The notes below the pieces were generated by a model. The model worked only from the letters and a program-made list of their open reading frames with translations, made no database searches and was not told the origin of the DNA. The translations under genes and the position numbers were made by a program. This document shows, piece after piece, positions 1 to 11,775 of a stretch of 64,000 bases of DNA (position 1 is the first letter of the stretch; each line of letters opens with the position of its first letter). Origin of the DNA: Microthyrium microscopicum (lineage: Eukaryota). The DNA lies in NCBI GenBank assembly GCA_010405405.1, contig MU004234.1, positions 1,825,275 to 1,889,274 on the forward strand, given 5' to 3'.

Positions 1-2830
1 ACTTAAGGAAAGCTCTTAGAGTAGGCCTATACTTAAGAGATATAGTTCAAACTTACTATAGGTCTTAAGTAGGTAATAGTAAATTAAGAGGTATAGTTAA
101 AGTATACGCTACTAGTAAAGATATTAATATAAATAGACTAATACTATATAGCATAGTAGAAGGTAGTTACATTATACTATAAGTAGATTTAACTAGTAAT
201 AAGAATAGTATGCTAAGAAAATAGATAAACTATAGTAGCTAATCTATAAGAGCTAAGTAGAAAGATAGCGCTAGTATTTATATATATAATAAAGTAATAT
301 AATATACTCTAAATATGCCTACTATAGCTTAAGAAGTATAAAGTATAAAAAGACGTTATTTATCTTACTTATTCTACGTTTTAGCTTAAAGATTAGCTTT
401 ATCTTCTACCCTCTTATGCGCTTAACTCTAAGTAGCGTTAATTTCTTACTTATACTTCTTAAATTCTATATCTCTTAACTCTTTCTCTCTATCTAGCTTT
501 TCTTAAGATTAATAATTACGTTCTATAATATAACTCGCCTTAGTAGCTTAAGAATTAAGACGAGCTTATATTAATATATTAATAACTTATATAACTATAC
601 CTTATACTTCTCTCTATTCTTATTCTACCTACTTATTACTAGTATAAGCCTTACGCTCTCTCTAATACTTAAGTACTTCTAGTAAAGGATTTATAATAGA
701 ACTATTAACTAAATAAGTAGATACTTATTACTATAATTAAGAACCTATAATAGAGTAGTAAAGACTATTATTATTAATAAAATAAGAGTAATCTTTATTT
801 AGATATTCCCTTTTATTATAAACGTAAATAAATAAAATTTCATCCTATCTAGCTTACTTAGTAGTAAATACATTACCCTAAAGAGTAATATAATCTATAA
901 GCTAATTTTAATAAGGAGTAAGTATTAAAGTATATTTACTAATATTACTAGTAATAGCTAACGTAGTAGGCGCCTTTAGCTCTATTTTATAACGTATATT
1001 TATATTAACTTTATAACAACTACTCTTTAAGTAATTAGTATAATAAAAGATATCTAATACCTATATCTATAAATTAAAAAGTTTAATAGTTAAGTTAATT
1101 AGAGTAGTAGAAGTAAAGGTAGCTAATTTATACGTAGATTTCTAGTTAATATAGATATTATTAACTATATAATCTTAATCTTTTATATATCTACTTAAAG
1201 TAACTAACTTTCTCTTAATTATAGTAATAAAGAACTCTATATAATTAATTCTACTATGATCCTAAACTATAATAAAAGTACTACTACTTACTTTAATATA
1301 GACCTTAAGGGTAAAATTAATAATATAGTCTACTAAAGCCCTTAACGTATTACTAGTATTTAGATTAACGTTACTACTAGGTATAATTAACTTATTAACC
1401 CTAGTATACTTCTTCTATATAGAATAATACCTCTCCTTTTACTTCTCCTTCTACTATAGTATAAATTTATAGCGCTTAGTAGTAGTAGGCATAGGTAAGC
1501 TACCCTCTTTGCCTTTATCTTTATTAACATCTTTGTTATTATTAATATCTTTAACCTTATTAATATCTTTAATATCGTCTAGCCTACTTAAGCTATTATT
1601 ATCCTTATCCTTAATATTATCTAACCTACTTATCTTATTATTACTAACTATCTTAACCCTATTATCTTTATTATTAATACTAGACTTAAAAGTAATATAT
1701 TTACCTCTAAACGTTACTAACTTTATAGTTACCCTCTTATCTACTAGTATTATTAAAGAATATCTATCTATAATATAGTAGGTAACCCTCTTATTACTCT
1801 TAAGATTACTCTAAGCAATAACTTTAGCCTTCTTAGGGATTAGTTTAGTAGTAAGCATCTTATTAAGATTTAATTTAGTAGTAAGCGTCTTCTTAAGAAT
1901 TAGTTTAATAGTAAGCGTCTTCTTAAGAATTAGTTTAGCAATAGGTTTCTTTATAGAAATAGGTTTAGCTATAGGTATCTTTTTAGTATTTAGTATAGCC
2001 TTACTCTTTACGTTCTAAATTTTAAGCGCTATAACTATTTTCTTAAATAACGTAGTAGCTTCTACTACTTCTACTTATTTTTCTACTTTAGCGTCTAGTT
2101 GTTCCTATCTATAGCACGCCTAGTTAGTAATATTACTAGATTTTACGAATATAAAATTAATATAGAGAGTAATTAAGTTAAAATTACTAACGAAGTTATA
2201 GAACTAGAAACTAAGGATTACTTATAATATAGACTTAGGAATCTAATTTAAGCAACGTAATTAGGTACCTAAAGTATCTATTATAAGGCTAGGTTCGTTA
2301 TTAGCCTTCTTTTTAGCTCTAGGATTAGGACTAGAGGTATTTATAATAAGATTATTATCTAAGAATAGATTAGTTTACGCGTAGGTATACTTCTTAGTAG
2401 TAGAACGTTTATTTACTATATTTTTTATACTAAAATAATAACAAAGCTAAGGAGAATAAGAAGAGATATATAAATATATAAATTTTGTACTATTTATAAG
2501 AGTATAATATAATTTAGTATAAAATATTAAAATTACGATGTACGAAGATATAAAGAGTGCTGCGCGAGAATTTAAGGCCTAAGCGCCCTCTAAAAATAAT
2601 TCTACATACGGCAAATATAAAAATTCTGCTTAAATCCTACTTAAATCCTGACTCTTTATCCTTACTATCGCTTCATGGAAGCCAACTCAATGAATTAACA
2701 ACTAAAATTAGCACGCCCATTGGAATCCTTAGAGCCATTGAGACTCAAAAGCATACGTACTTTCTAGCAAAGTTCCAGGCAGTAGAATAAGCCTGACTTA
2801 CCACGTTCTTTTAAGCTTTTAAGCTTACGA
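1..2830. mobile_element. RIP-degraded AT-rich repeat/transposon relic (family not identifiable)
   Basis: Very AT-rich, with a strong excess of TpA and near-absence of CpA/TpG and many TAA/TAG. GC rises back to genic levels at about 2550-2850. The only ORFs are Leu/Ile-rich artefacts. Confidence 0.85.
1831..1980. repeat. Degenerate 30-bp tandem repeat (~5 copies) inside the RIP block
   Basis: Unit approximately tcttaagaattagtttagtagtaagcgtct, recurring at 1831, 1861, 1891, 1921 and 1951. Confidence 0.8.
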
Positions 2831-2839
2831 GTAGTTCCT

Positions 2840-3824
2840 TGGGTTAAGTTTCTACTCCCCCCTCCCAGAGGCCCCCCCTATCCAGAGGCCCCCCCAGCAC
2901 CTCCTAGCCACTCCCGCCGTCAGCACATACCAAGTTAAAAGACGCCATAGTGTCACCACCAAATTGATTGATTGGCCACGTAGACAAGATAGCACATTTT
3001 GGTAAAGTAAGGAATTCAAGCATAAACCTAAGGCACCAGCGGACGCGTCTAGATACCAAACAAACCTAAAAATTAGCGACAGCGACGTCAGAGAGGTGCG
3101 CGCGCGCGTGAAGCACGTATGTGTAGGGGTAGGGAGCACCAGGGAACGGGATCCACGTAGAAACAGGCACAGGAATAGGTAGGGGAACAGGCGTGGGAGC
3201 AGGCGCAGGAACGGGAGCTCAAAAGACGTAATTAAAGGTGTTAAAGATGTTGAAGATATTAAAGATGTTAAGCTACCAAAACACGTCTTTAGAGGTGAAG
3301 GAGTAAACGCTAAGCCTTACCAAGCCTACTTATAATTGGTCGATATTGCTTATCGATCAGATTGATTAGATTAGATTGCCAAGGCTTAGCAGTGATCCTT
3401 CACCTGAAGACATGTTTTGGTAGCTCAACATCTTTAACATCTTCAACATCTTCAATCACGTCTTTTAAGCTCCCGTTCCTGCGCCTGTTCCCGCGCCTGT
3501 TCCCCTACCTGTTCCTATGCCTATTCCTACGTAGATCCCGTTCCCTAGTGCTCCCTACCCCTACACATACGTGCTTTGCGCGCGCGCGCGTCTCTAACGT
3601 CGCTGTCGCTAATTTTCAGGTTTGTTTGGTATCTAGACGCGTCCTTCAAGGGCCGCTGGTGCCTTAGGTTTGTTAGGCAATTCCGTCCTAAGCTTAGGCT
3701 TGTCATTAATTTAGGTGGCGGCGCCACCTAACTTAGTAACAGGTCTAAGCTTAGGACGGATTTGGGCGAGGGGGGGCCTCTAGATAGGGGGGGCCTCTGG
3801 GAGGGGGGAGTGGAAACTGCTCCT
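2840..3824. mobile_element. Non-autonomous foldback (Mutator-like?) element with TIRs, long internal inverted arms and an 11-bp flanking direct repeat
   Basis: TIR 2847-2895 (agtttctactcccccctcccagaggcccccccta...) is the reverse complement of 3770-3818. Internal arms 3024-3318 and 3381-3671 are reverse complements, differing mostly by C/T and G/A. Direct repeat gagtagttcct lies at 2829-2839 and 3825-3835. Confidence 0.8.
3682..3760. repeat. 79-bp near-perfect palindrome nested in the foldback element
   Basis: tccgtcctaagcttag...ttaggtggcg-g-cgccacctaa...ctaagcttaggacgga, centred on 3721. Confidence 0.9.
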
Positions 3825-5401
3825 GAGTAGTTCCTACACGAGCGGGTAGTTACCGTCTTACCGAACCGGAGAACTGCAGCATTCAAAGCCACCACAATCA
3901 ATGCATCCGACATAGCCATGAACCAGTCTTTTCAAGCATGATACACGAAGCAAGCCCATTACGAAAAAGCCTTGTGCAAACCACAACACCCGTTCTCTCA
4001 CATCTTGTAGCCTAATCATGACGTCCCCTAACCCGCCACGCAAACCAGCACTGCTGCGGCTTTAGGTATGCGCTTCTCATCTTCCATCAGGCTGAACATT
4101 CCCCATCAAATCTATAAATTCCCACACCGAATAGCCATTGCCTCTCTTAAATCAATACCCATACCAGCGACCATCAAACAAGCGCTCACAAGCAAAATGA
4201 ACAACCAGCCGCGCACCAAACACCCATTTCGCCACCTAAAATCAAATACGAAACACGCGATGAAGCACTCCCCACAAAGCCTAAAGGGCTCCTTCCCGGA
4301 ATGAAAGCCGAACCACAGGGCCTACTGAAGTATATAAGAGAGCGGTGTTATGGGTGGGGCATAGCGATCAGATCGCTGACGACCACGCTGTGGCTGTGGT
4401 CGTTGAGGAGTCCATGCTTGTGCATATGTAATGTTCCGCAGTATAAAACATGATTTGAGGTGTATGATGTTTGTCAACTATTTCATTGTGATTTTGTGAG
4501 CTTGATTTCTTTATTAGCTGGTGTCAATGATGTTCTGAAGGTTTAGATTTTGGATATTGGAAGAGGCTAAGAGGCCACGCGGAGAGAATCCTTGTAGGAA
4601 ACGTGGGCGAAATCGTGGGAGTAGAATGGTGGTATTCTGTCTGCCATCACGCCCAAGCTCTCCCTCTTTATATATCGATTTCCGCATGACATGAAACGTA
4701 AAAAGATGAAGCAATTGGACAATGTTGAAAGACTCAAATGATCCATAGAAAGATGATTTGAGGCACGTTGAAGTTCGGCAGTTCGACGCGTAGCCAAGCT
4801 TGGCACCAGCCTTTTTGGGCCAAAGTCTTGAAGATGCAAGCTGTGTGGACAAGGGACCGGCGCCACGCGACGAGATAGCGTGCCAAAAGCGACCAGTACT
4901 ATTCATAGACTTGACTGCATGCATTGCTATCTTCAACCTCTTCTCCTCTCTGTTCTCCATCATTCTTCCATCTATCTTCCCCGTTTCCTCCGCCTGTGAG
5001 ACTCCCGCCATCTCCAGCCGCCTGCTACAAAACGCGATATCGGTCGTCATACAATTATAAGATGATGAGGTCACCGGCTTGACTCTGATAACAATACACA
5101 AGGATCCAAAGAGCGAGAGAGATACGGCAGATATAATTCGATTTTTAGGTCGTTAATCTAGCGAAGGAAGAATTATTATAAGAACCGCTTCAAAGTAGTG
5201 GTATAAACACTCGCAGCTCTATGGCTGCTTGACAAAAGGAATTTCCCCACCCACCCATCCGCCGAGCCGACTTCTTTCCATCTAAAGAGTCCGAGACAAC
5301 CCCAAAAAAGGTCCAGCGCCCGGCACCTGTCTCTTGGTCGGCTGAGCCATTTCACTGGCAATGCTGTACGTCTATAACTATGGGGTATCGCAAATTTTTC
5401 T

Positions 5402-6612
5402 TCACACAAAGTCCTTTTCACTCCAACTCGTCGATCGTCTCCGTCTTGATGTCCGTATTCGATGCCAGGCCACCAGTCCAATTATGAGTATGATCAGGAG
5501 GTATTTCTTGGAGAGGATAGCGGATACCAGCCTTGGAACTAAGTGACCAGGCTTGAAGAGGCTGATGATGACTCCGCCATCGGCAGCATGCCATGAAGAC
5601 ATCCCTAGATGCCGGAAGATTGGCGTTGTGACGGCGCCAGAGAGTCGATGGAGATTATTGGGTCCCCAAAGGACCCGTAGCGAATCGCGTTGAGGGAAGA
5701 TTGATTGCATTGTACTGTGTATCAAGTCAGTCTTCACCCGGACAAGAAAAAAGTGCGACCCATGCATCGCTCCGAGGGTCAAAACTTACGAAAGAAAATG
5801 ACAACCCGTACTAAACATTACAGTGGCATAAGGTAGGCCAAACCAATTAATATTGTAACTCCGGAGATTCTCCAGAGTGAATTTCATGAAAGGATGTTTT
5901 GGAGCTACCATTAGGAATCCATTGGAAATTCCCATGGGTGTGGCAGCTGGTGCGACAAATTCAAATTGTCTGAGTGGATCGAGCGGCCTGCGGCATTCGA
6001 GATCTAGATCGAGGAAGACACCTATTGAACGCACGAAAGTCAGCTTGGTGCTAGATTGAAAGAGCATGGAAACTCGAATCATCAAAGTATGATGTTTCGG
6101 ATCGTGCAGGAAAACTCACCTCCATATGCGTACAATACCATGTACCGCAAGCTGTCAGCCTTTTGGATGGTAAAGCGATATGATGACCACATATCAAAGA
6201 GATGGGGATATTCTTTGGCGACAAAATCGGCTGCATTATCGTCGGTCCAGAGCTTGAATTCATATCCCGGATGCATCCGGACGCATGCCTTTCTCGCGAT
6301 TGTGACGTTTTCATTTGTTTTTGGAGAGCCAAGGAGTATTTGATGCATAATTGGTGGTACCGGAAGAGAGGTATTGAGGGTATTTGATGGTGTTGTGGGA
6401 TAGGAGTTGAATGTGATGTCAAAGTCATCGCGCGCCTTGGAGACGTGCAGATGCTCGGAAAAGGCATGAGCGATAAAAGGCCCACGAAAGAGGATGTTGT
6501 AGGTGATTCTAATGTATCCATGAAATAGCAGGACGATAGCGAACAGGGCGGGGAGGATAAGCAGAGCCTTCCTCCGCCGGCGCCGTCGGTTGGCGACTAT
6601 TATGGTGGACAT
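5402..6612 (-). CDS. Glycosyltransferase family 32 (Sur1/Csh1-like mannosyltransferase), 3 exons
   Basis: N-terminal membrane anchor; PIMHQI; HPGYEFKLWTD; ADSLRYMVLYAYGG joined across intron ~6022-6119 to VFLDLDLEC (DxD motif); SNGFLMVAPKHPF; C-terminal TM segment. Second intron at about 5720-5789. Confidence 0.85.
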
Positions 6613-8889
6613 TGTTGAGCATTATAGCACGGCAGCATGGAGTTGATGTAGGTGCCTTGAGAATAGCCGGACGTGTATGAAAAAGGAGGTTCAGAGGATG
6701 AAGGTTTTGTTTACTGGATGAGTTGTAGTAGCAATGGGGATCAAGTAGCGATGGAGGCGATTGAAGGAAGAAGGAGCTGGCGCTTGGCGGTTGAGTGAAG
6801 AAGGCAGTAGCACCAGGACAGAAGGAGAGCACTGGGTAGTGACCAGTTTCGGATATTGAGAAAGAGCAGGTGCGAGTGAAGAGAAGGCAGGATGGGGAAG
6901 CCACGGGTGAGCAACCACTGAGCCAGGAAGGAGTGAAGGAAGAAAGGACCTGGAAGGAAGGAACTACCATCCAACGAGTCCAGTCACGGCAAGTGCAATC
7001 AATGGCAATGGGAAAGGCAGTCAGAGTACCACGGCTTGGACTGTTGCAGGTCTTGTTCCTACTTTGCTTGATCGGAACTACCGCACACACGACAGTCAGT
7101 GTAAATCCAGTAAGGGCCCGTTGATTCGTTTGTTCGAGTTATTTGGGTCCGTCTGCGTTTGACTGTTGGAACATCTCCGAATGCAGGCAGTCAAGGCAGG
7201 CAAAGCAAATAGCGAATACCGCCTACGACCTGGGAGCTGGGAGCTGGCAAGAGAAAAGTCTGAGCGGTTGAGGATGGCGGAAGCACGGAGAGCCCGCTGG
7301 TAAGTAGAGCAGAGTATGAGCAGCAACTCAATTAATTTCAATGTTGCCAACCGATCCTTCAAACATTGCTTAGAAAGTTAGGGTAGCCCATAGGAGGTAT
7401 CCCATGGCATAACCAACATGAGAGGCGCGGGCAAAGTCTCCAGAGCCGCGCTACCATGCCACACAGTAAATGCTTCACTTCCCAATCAACTTCAATCGGC
7501 CCTCCGCCCTTTTGTCGCCTCGGAGTGGTGGGCTGTGTTGTCCAACAATAACACGTATTATTCTTGTATACCTGCCGTAGCCGCGATTTGGGGAATCTAG
7601 GATCGAGCCAAATCCTCCAACATCCATCTCTGTACCGCCCAGACTAGTGTAGTATGTGGTCTGTGTAGTATTAAATGATGCAAAATCAGACCAAAACTTT
7701 CAAGCAGTGCCGCACAACAAGTACTAGCCTTGCAACATGTTGCTGTTGCAGGATTGTTTGCAACGCATCATGCCTGCCATTGGGCCGCAAAATTAATTAA
7801 TCTGACTACATGCTCGCATGTGGTTTGCCAGTGACGAGGGCTGTCAAAGTGAGGGCTAAAGGGCCGGTTACCAGATACAAACTGACCCTATGTCATTCAT
7901 GAACGCTTATCATAGCTCCTGTTCAACCCGACGTAATTAGCCGCGTACACAAAGAGAATATTCGGTCAAAGTTGTCTGTGAGCTGGCTGGTGGTACGTTA
8001 CGGAATGTCGTTGAGGTTGGAGGTCGTCTCACAAGGCTTGGAGAAGATGAGTGGTTCACAGGCATTGGGGTCTGGACTCTGATCGCCCAGCTTTTCCCGA
8101 CTGACGGATTCTGCATGTAAGCACGAGGGAAAGGGTGCCTTGCAGGACGTACGCAGGTATGGTACTCGTGGTACAAGACTTAGTGGCTACTCTTTCTATC
8201 TGTTAGCTTTGATTTTCCAAAGGGTTAATCCCTCAGGCTCAGATCGCTTAGATCGGTGGCATGGGAGTATTTTTGCATAGGGCTAATATGATATCAGCTT
8301 TGTGTTTGGACGTCTGACCTGACTTTTCGCAGCCGACTGCTGTTTTCATTTGCAACTTGCAGTCAGCTCATGCTGCTTTAGCCCATCTGGAACGGACATT
8401 CTTAGCATGTTTGTTCTCCTAACGTATGATATTGGATTGATGGGATTGGTGATCTTCATCATGTTTCAATACATCTACAATGTGATGGTGTGCCAAGTGA
8501 GTTTGATATATGAAACAAATCGGAGCCCAAGAAAAGCTTACTTTTCCAACCCTGTGAAGCAAGATCTACACGCCCAGGTTTTGATTTAGATATATTTCTA
8601 CCACATGGCTCGACCCATAAGTCCCAAGTCATAATTCAAGAGATGTAGGCAGTATATTAGCGAGTCGATTGAAGCGAAGAGTCTATTTTTGTTATGTAAG
8701 TTTCTCGTATGAACAAGTATAAACAAGGCTCGCTACGCCTTATATCTCGTTTCTTCAAAATCAAGCATTTGATACTAGCATCACTAGATTTTACATGGGA
8801 AGATCAAGAATTGGCAAGAGTGTGCCCAGTAATTGGCATAGTCATTGATTTGTTCAACATCTCCTCTTGACCATCACTTCAACACTACT

Positions 8890-9650
8890 CTAGAAAAGCT
8901 GTCTAGGATTCACTCGTTTCTCCTTCGGCACAGCTACCACTTGCTTGGTAAACAGGCTCAAAGCCGCAGAGCCTCCACATATCTGACTACTATCATCTTC
9001 GCAAGGCATATTACATGCTGCCTCTGAAATTGGCTGGCTTTGTGAGATAGTATTCCCGCAGAAACACTGGCCCGCACATTCAGTCCCCGCAATGCTGAAG
9101 CCCATTGTGCTACAATAAGCAACACAGCCACTAGTAGCCATCCGATGTTGGCAATGGTAAGTCCGGACAGGGACGGTGGATAGACCTTGTCCGAATAACA
9201 CCCTATATACGACCAGCCAGATGGTACGGATAGCGATGGGCCAGAGCCGGTTGTAGCTGGAGTGCTGACTGCGACGACTGCTGACTGGACTGAAGAGCTA
9301 GCTAATTGTAAAATCATTGGCGTCGCTGCAGCACTCGGAGTCACCACTGTACCTAATTTGATACACCAGTGATGCTTCCTCCGAGCAGTGATGTAGGATA
9401 AGCCCAGTTGCAGGTTGCTTTGGTAGCCGGCCCAGGTCCAGCCTGAGGCGGATTGCAACTGGGCAAGTGTTCAAGCCAACCATCAATAACTTCTGGTACA
9501 ACACTAGGCTGTTTGCATGCATTGCGCTCAGCGTCCGTATATACGTCAGCAATCGAAGAGTGGAGCACTCGAAACCTTCCACTTAATCCTGAAATCTCCA
9601 TACAGCAAGCAGTGCTAATATCAAAATCGGAATGAAACAGAAGAGACAAG
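8890..9650 (-). pseudogene. Frameshifted DUF1996-C-terminal plus WSC-domain gene remnant
   Basis: Pieces lie in three frames: LPSCNPPQAGPGPAT; a Ser/Thr linker with GWSYIGCYSD; and CVAYCSTMGFSIAGTECAGQCFCGN...CNMPCEDDSSQICGG (WSC). A frameshift near 9140 falls inside the WSC domain with no splice sites. Confidence 0.65.
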
Positions 9651-10113
9651 ATCTAGGTGAGGTCCACTGCCCACATATAAAAGAAAGAGTCCAGTCATCA
9701 GTATCATGACTCTCGATGCGTGGCGTTTCTCTGTACATTCCTACGTAGCTTGAGTATATGTGGCAAGCTTCTTGCATGCACGATAGCGTCATGAAAATCC
9801 TACAGAGTGAGGCGCAGTACTCAGCCTGTAGTTCAGAAATGACATATCACCAGATGAAAGTAGCTATGAAGAACGACTATATAATATCTGCAAAGAGCAT
9901 ATTGCCAAAACGAGCAAAGCCTTTTACCTGAATATGGATTTCACAAATACAGAATACCAAGCTGATCTACTTGACTTTCAAAGCAGTCATGGCCTAGATG
10001 GTTCCGACAATGCTAGAATATTGGTCAGTCAAACATTGCTATATATCCATTATCAGCACCGAGTAGTTGACATTCACACAGGTCATTAGCGGTATTCTGA
10101 ATGTAGATGCAGG

Positions 10114-11074
10114 TCACGGTCTAAGTTTCACGAAACGGACTGTTGAGAGATTGGGTAATGTGAGAATTGCGGATGCAGATATCGTGGTTCCCGGGGATGC
10201 CAATGGCCAGTCCAAAGGGTGAGCCACTACAACTATTGCTTTGTCTGAAAGCTTCTGCTGATGTTCTGCAGATATGCATTTGTGATTGCAGATAGCGCTG
10301 AGCAAGCTGCTGAACTTGCTGAGAAGGTGGATGGGTTTCGCGCCGACAGACAACGGACTTTCTCGGCTCAATTTGTACAGAATTGAGAATTCGAGAAGTT
10401 CTATACGCTGGTGCTTTCATATGGCAATCCATGACTTCTTTTGATGTTAGAGAACCACGGTCGCTCGAGCAGTTTGTAGAGACTTTGTCCGGCCTGATAG
10501 GTCTGCTGCGCATCCGATTGATCCCACGGATGAACGAGCTTCGCACTGAGTTTCTTATCCATGGCCTCAGGAATCCACATCGCACGATCGCTATCAACAT
10601 CCGGATCACCTAGCCAGGGGATGACTCGGTTCGAGCAACTGAAGATATCTCCCATCAAATTGACTTTGATGTGACCTTTCAGAGACATTGCTTTGATCAA
10701 TAGTGAGCTTACGTCAACCCAAAGAGTTCTACCTCGACCGTCTATCCGAGATAATAAAGGGCCGAGTACAGATTCTCGATGATGGCAAGTGCTTTGCCGT
10801 TCACAAATGCAGTCCTATTGTGGTCCATAGAGCCCCAGCATTATGAAAGATCTTTGTATGAGTGTTCGGGAGCAGTCGGTGGCCAGTCGTTGACGTGGAA
10901 GATCTCGCAAATCGGTAACTCTGGTCTCTCCCAATCGCTGAGCAAGCGTAAAAAGCGGACGCATGGTCGGCTTTGGTCCAGTGGTTCGTACTGAAATCTA
11001 TCCAGGTTCTCAATAAACTGCTCCAGTGATGACTGCGAGTGATGAGGTCTTTTCAGTTCGTTTGAATGGTTCAT
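10114..11074 (-). pseudogene. Heterokaryon-incompatibility (HET)-domain pseudogene
   Basis: FQYEPLDQSRPCVRFLRL; YKDLS*CWG (normally YxALSYxWG, in-frame stop at 10841-10843); ENLYSALYYL; MGDIFSCSNRVIPWLG; LLERPWFS. These motifs lie in different frames. Confidence 0.75.
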
Positions 11075-11775
11075 CTCACCGGATAAGTTTCGAGAAAAGA
11101 AGAGTGTCTGGATAAGAAATGTCAAGAAAGATCTTGATAGGACAACATATGCGTACCGCACATTTGGTTACGGTGGGATAGTACTTGATAAGCCTTTCAG
11201 GTAGTGCTTTGCTTTAGGTTACTAGGTGGAAATCTCACTATATCCAATTCGAGACTTATAAGGATCATTTCTTAGAAGATGGAAGCTCAATTTCAAATAG
11301 TGGTTAGGCTAGTGTTGTAAGATTGCTACGTCGCGTGCTGCGTCGCGTGTCGCTCGTGGTCGTGAACCCGTGGATCAGCTTGGACAGCGCGCCAGTGGTA
11401 GGGAATACCATGTGGCAATAGATGAGTTTGCTTGCATTGTATCGATGTCAAACTCGGGCCTTTAATGCAATAATGAAGATGGAAAAATGTACATGGCGTA
11501 GTATGTACTGTACCGTTACGGAGTAAAGAACAAAAGCTCCTCTCCAACACGAGGCAGGCGCTTGGACCGCGTAACTCAACGTCGCCCCAAATTGTTGTCT
11601 CTCTTTCTTCCTCTCAAGCTTCTTCTGCCCCGCCAGCTTTCTATCATCATATTCCTCTGTGTTTAAATTCCAGGCCGCCTGCTTTACCCTCCTCTTTCTT
11701 GGCCACCCCAGTTTCTGGCATTTGAGTCCATCTCAGCGACCGTATGGTCGTATACATCGTCTCTCTCCAGCAGCC

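Noticed and set aside
1509..1778. 89-aa Leu/Ile-rich ORF resembling a membrane peptide
   Set aside because: Compositional artefact of RIP-mutated AT-rich DNA.
3836..5101. Possible gene remnants or ORFs right of the foldback element (including 4514-5101)
   Set aside because: No recognisable motifs, overlapping short ORFs and several stops; cannot support a call.
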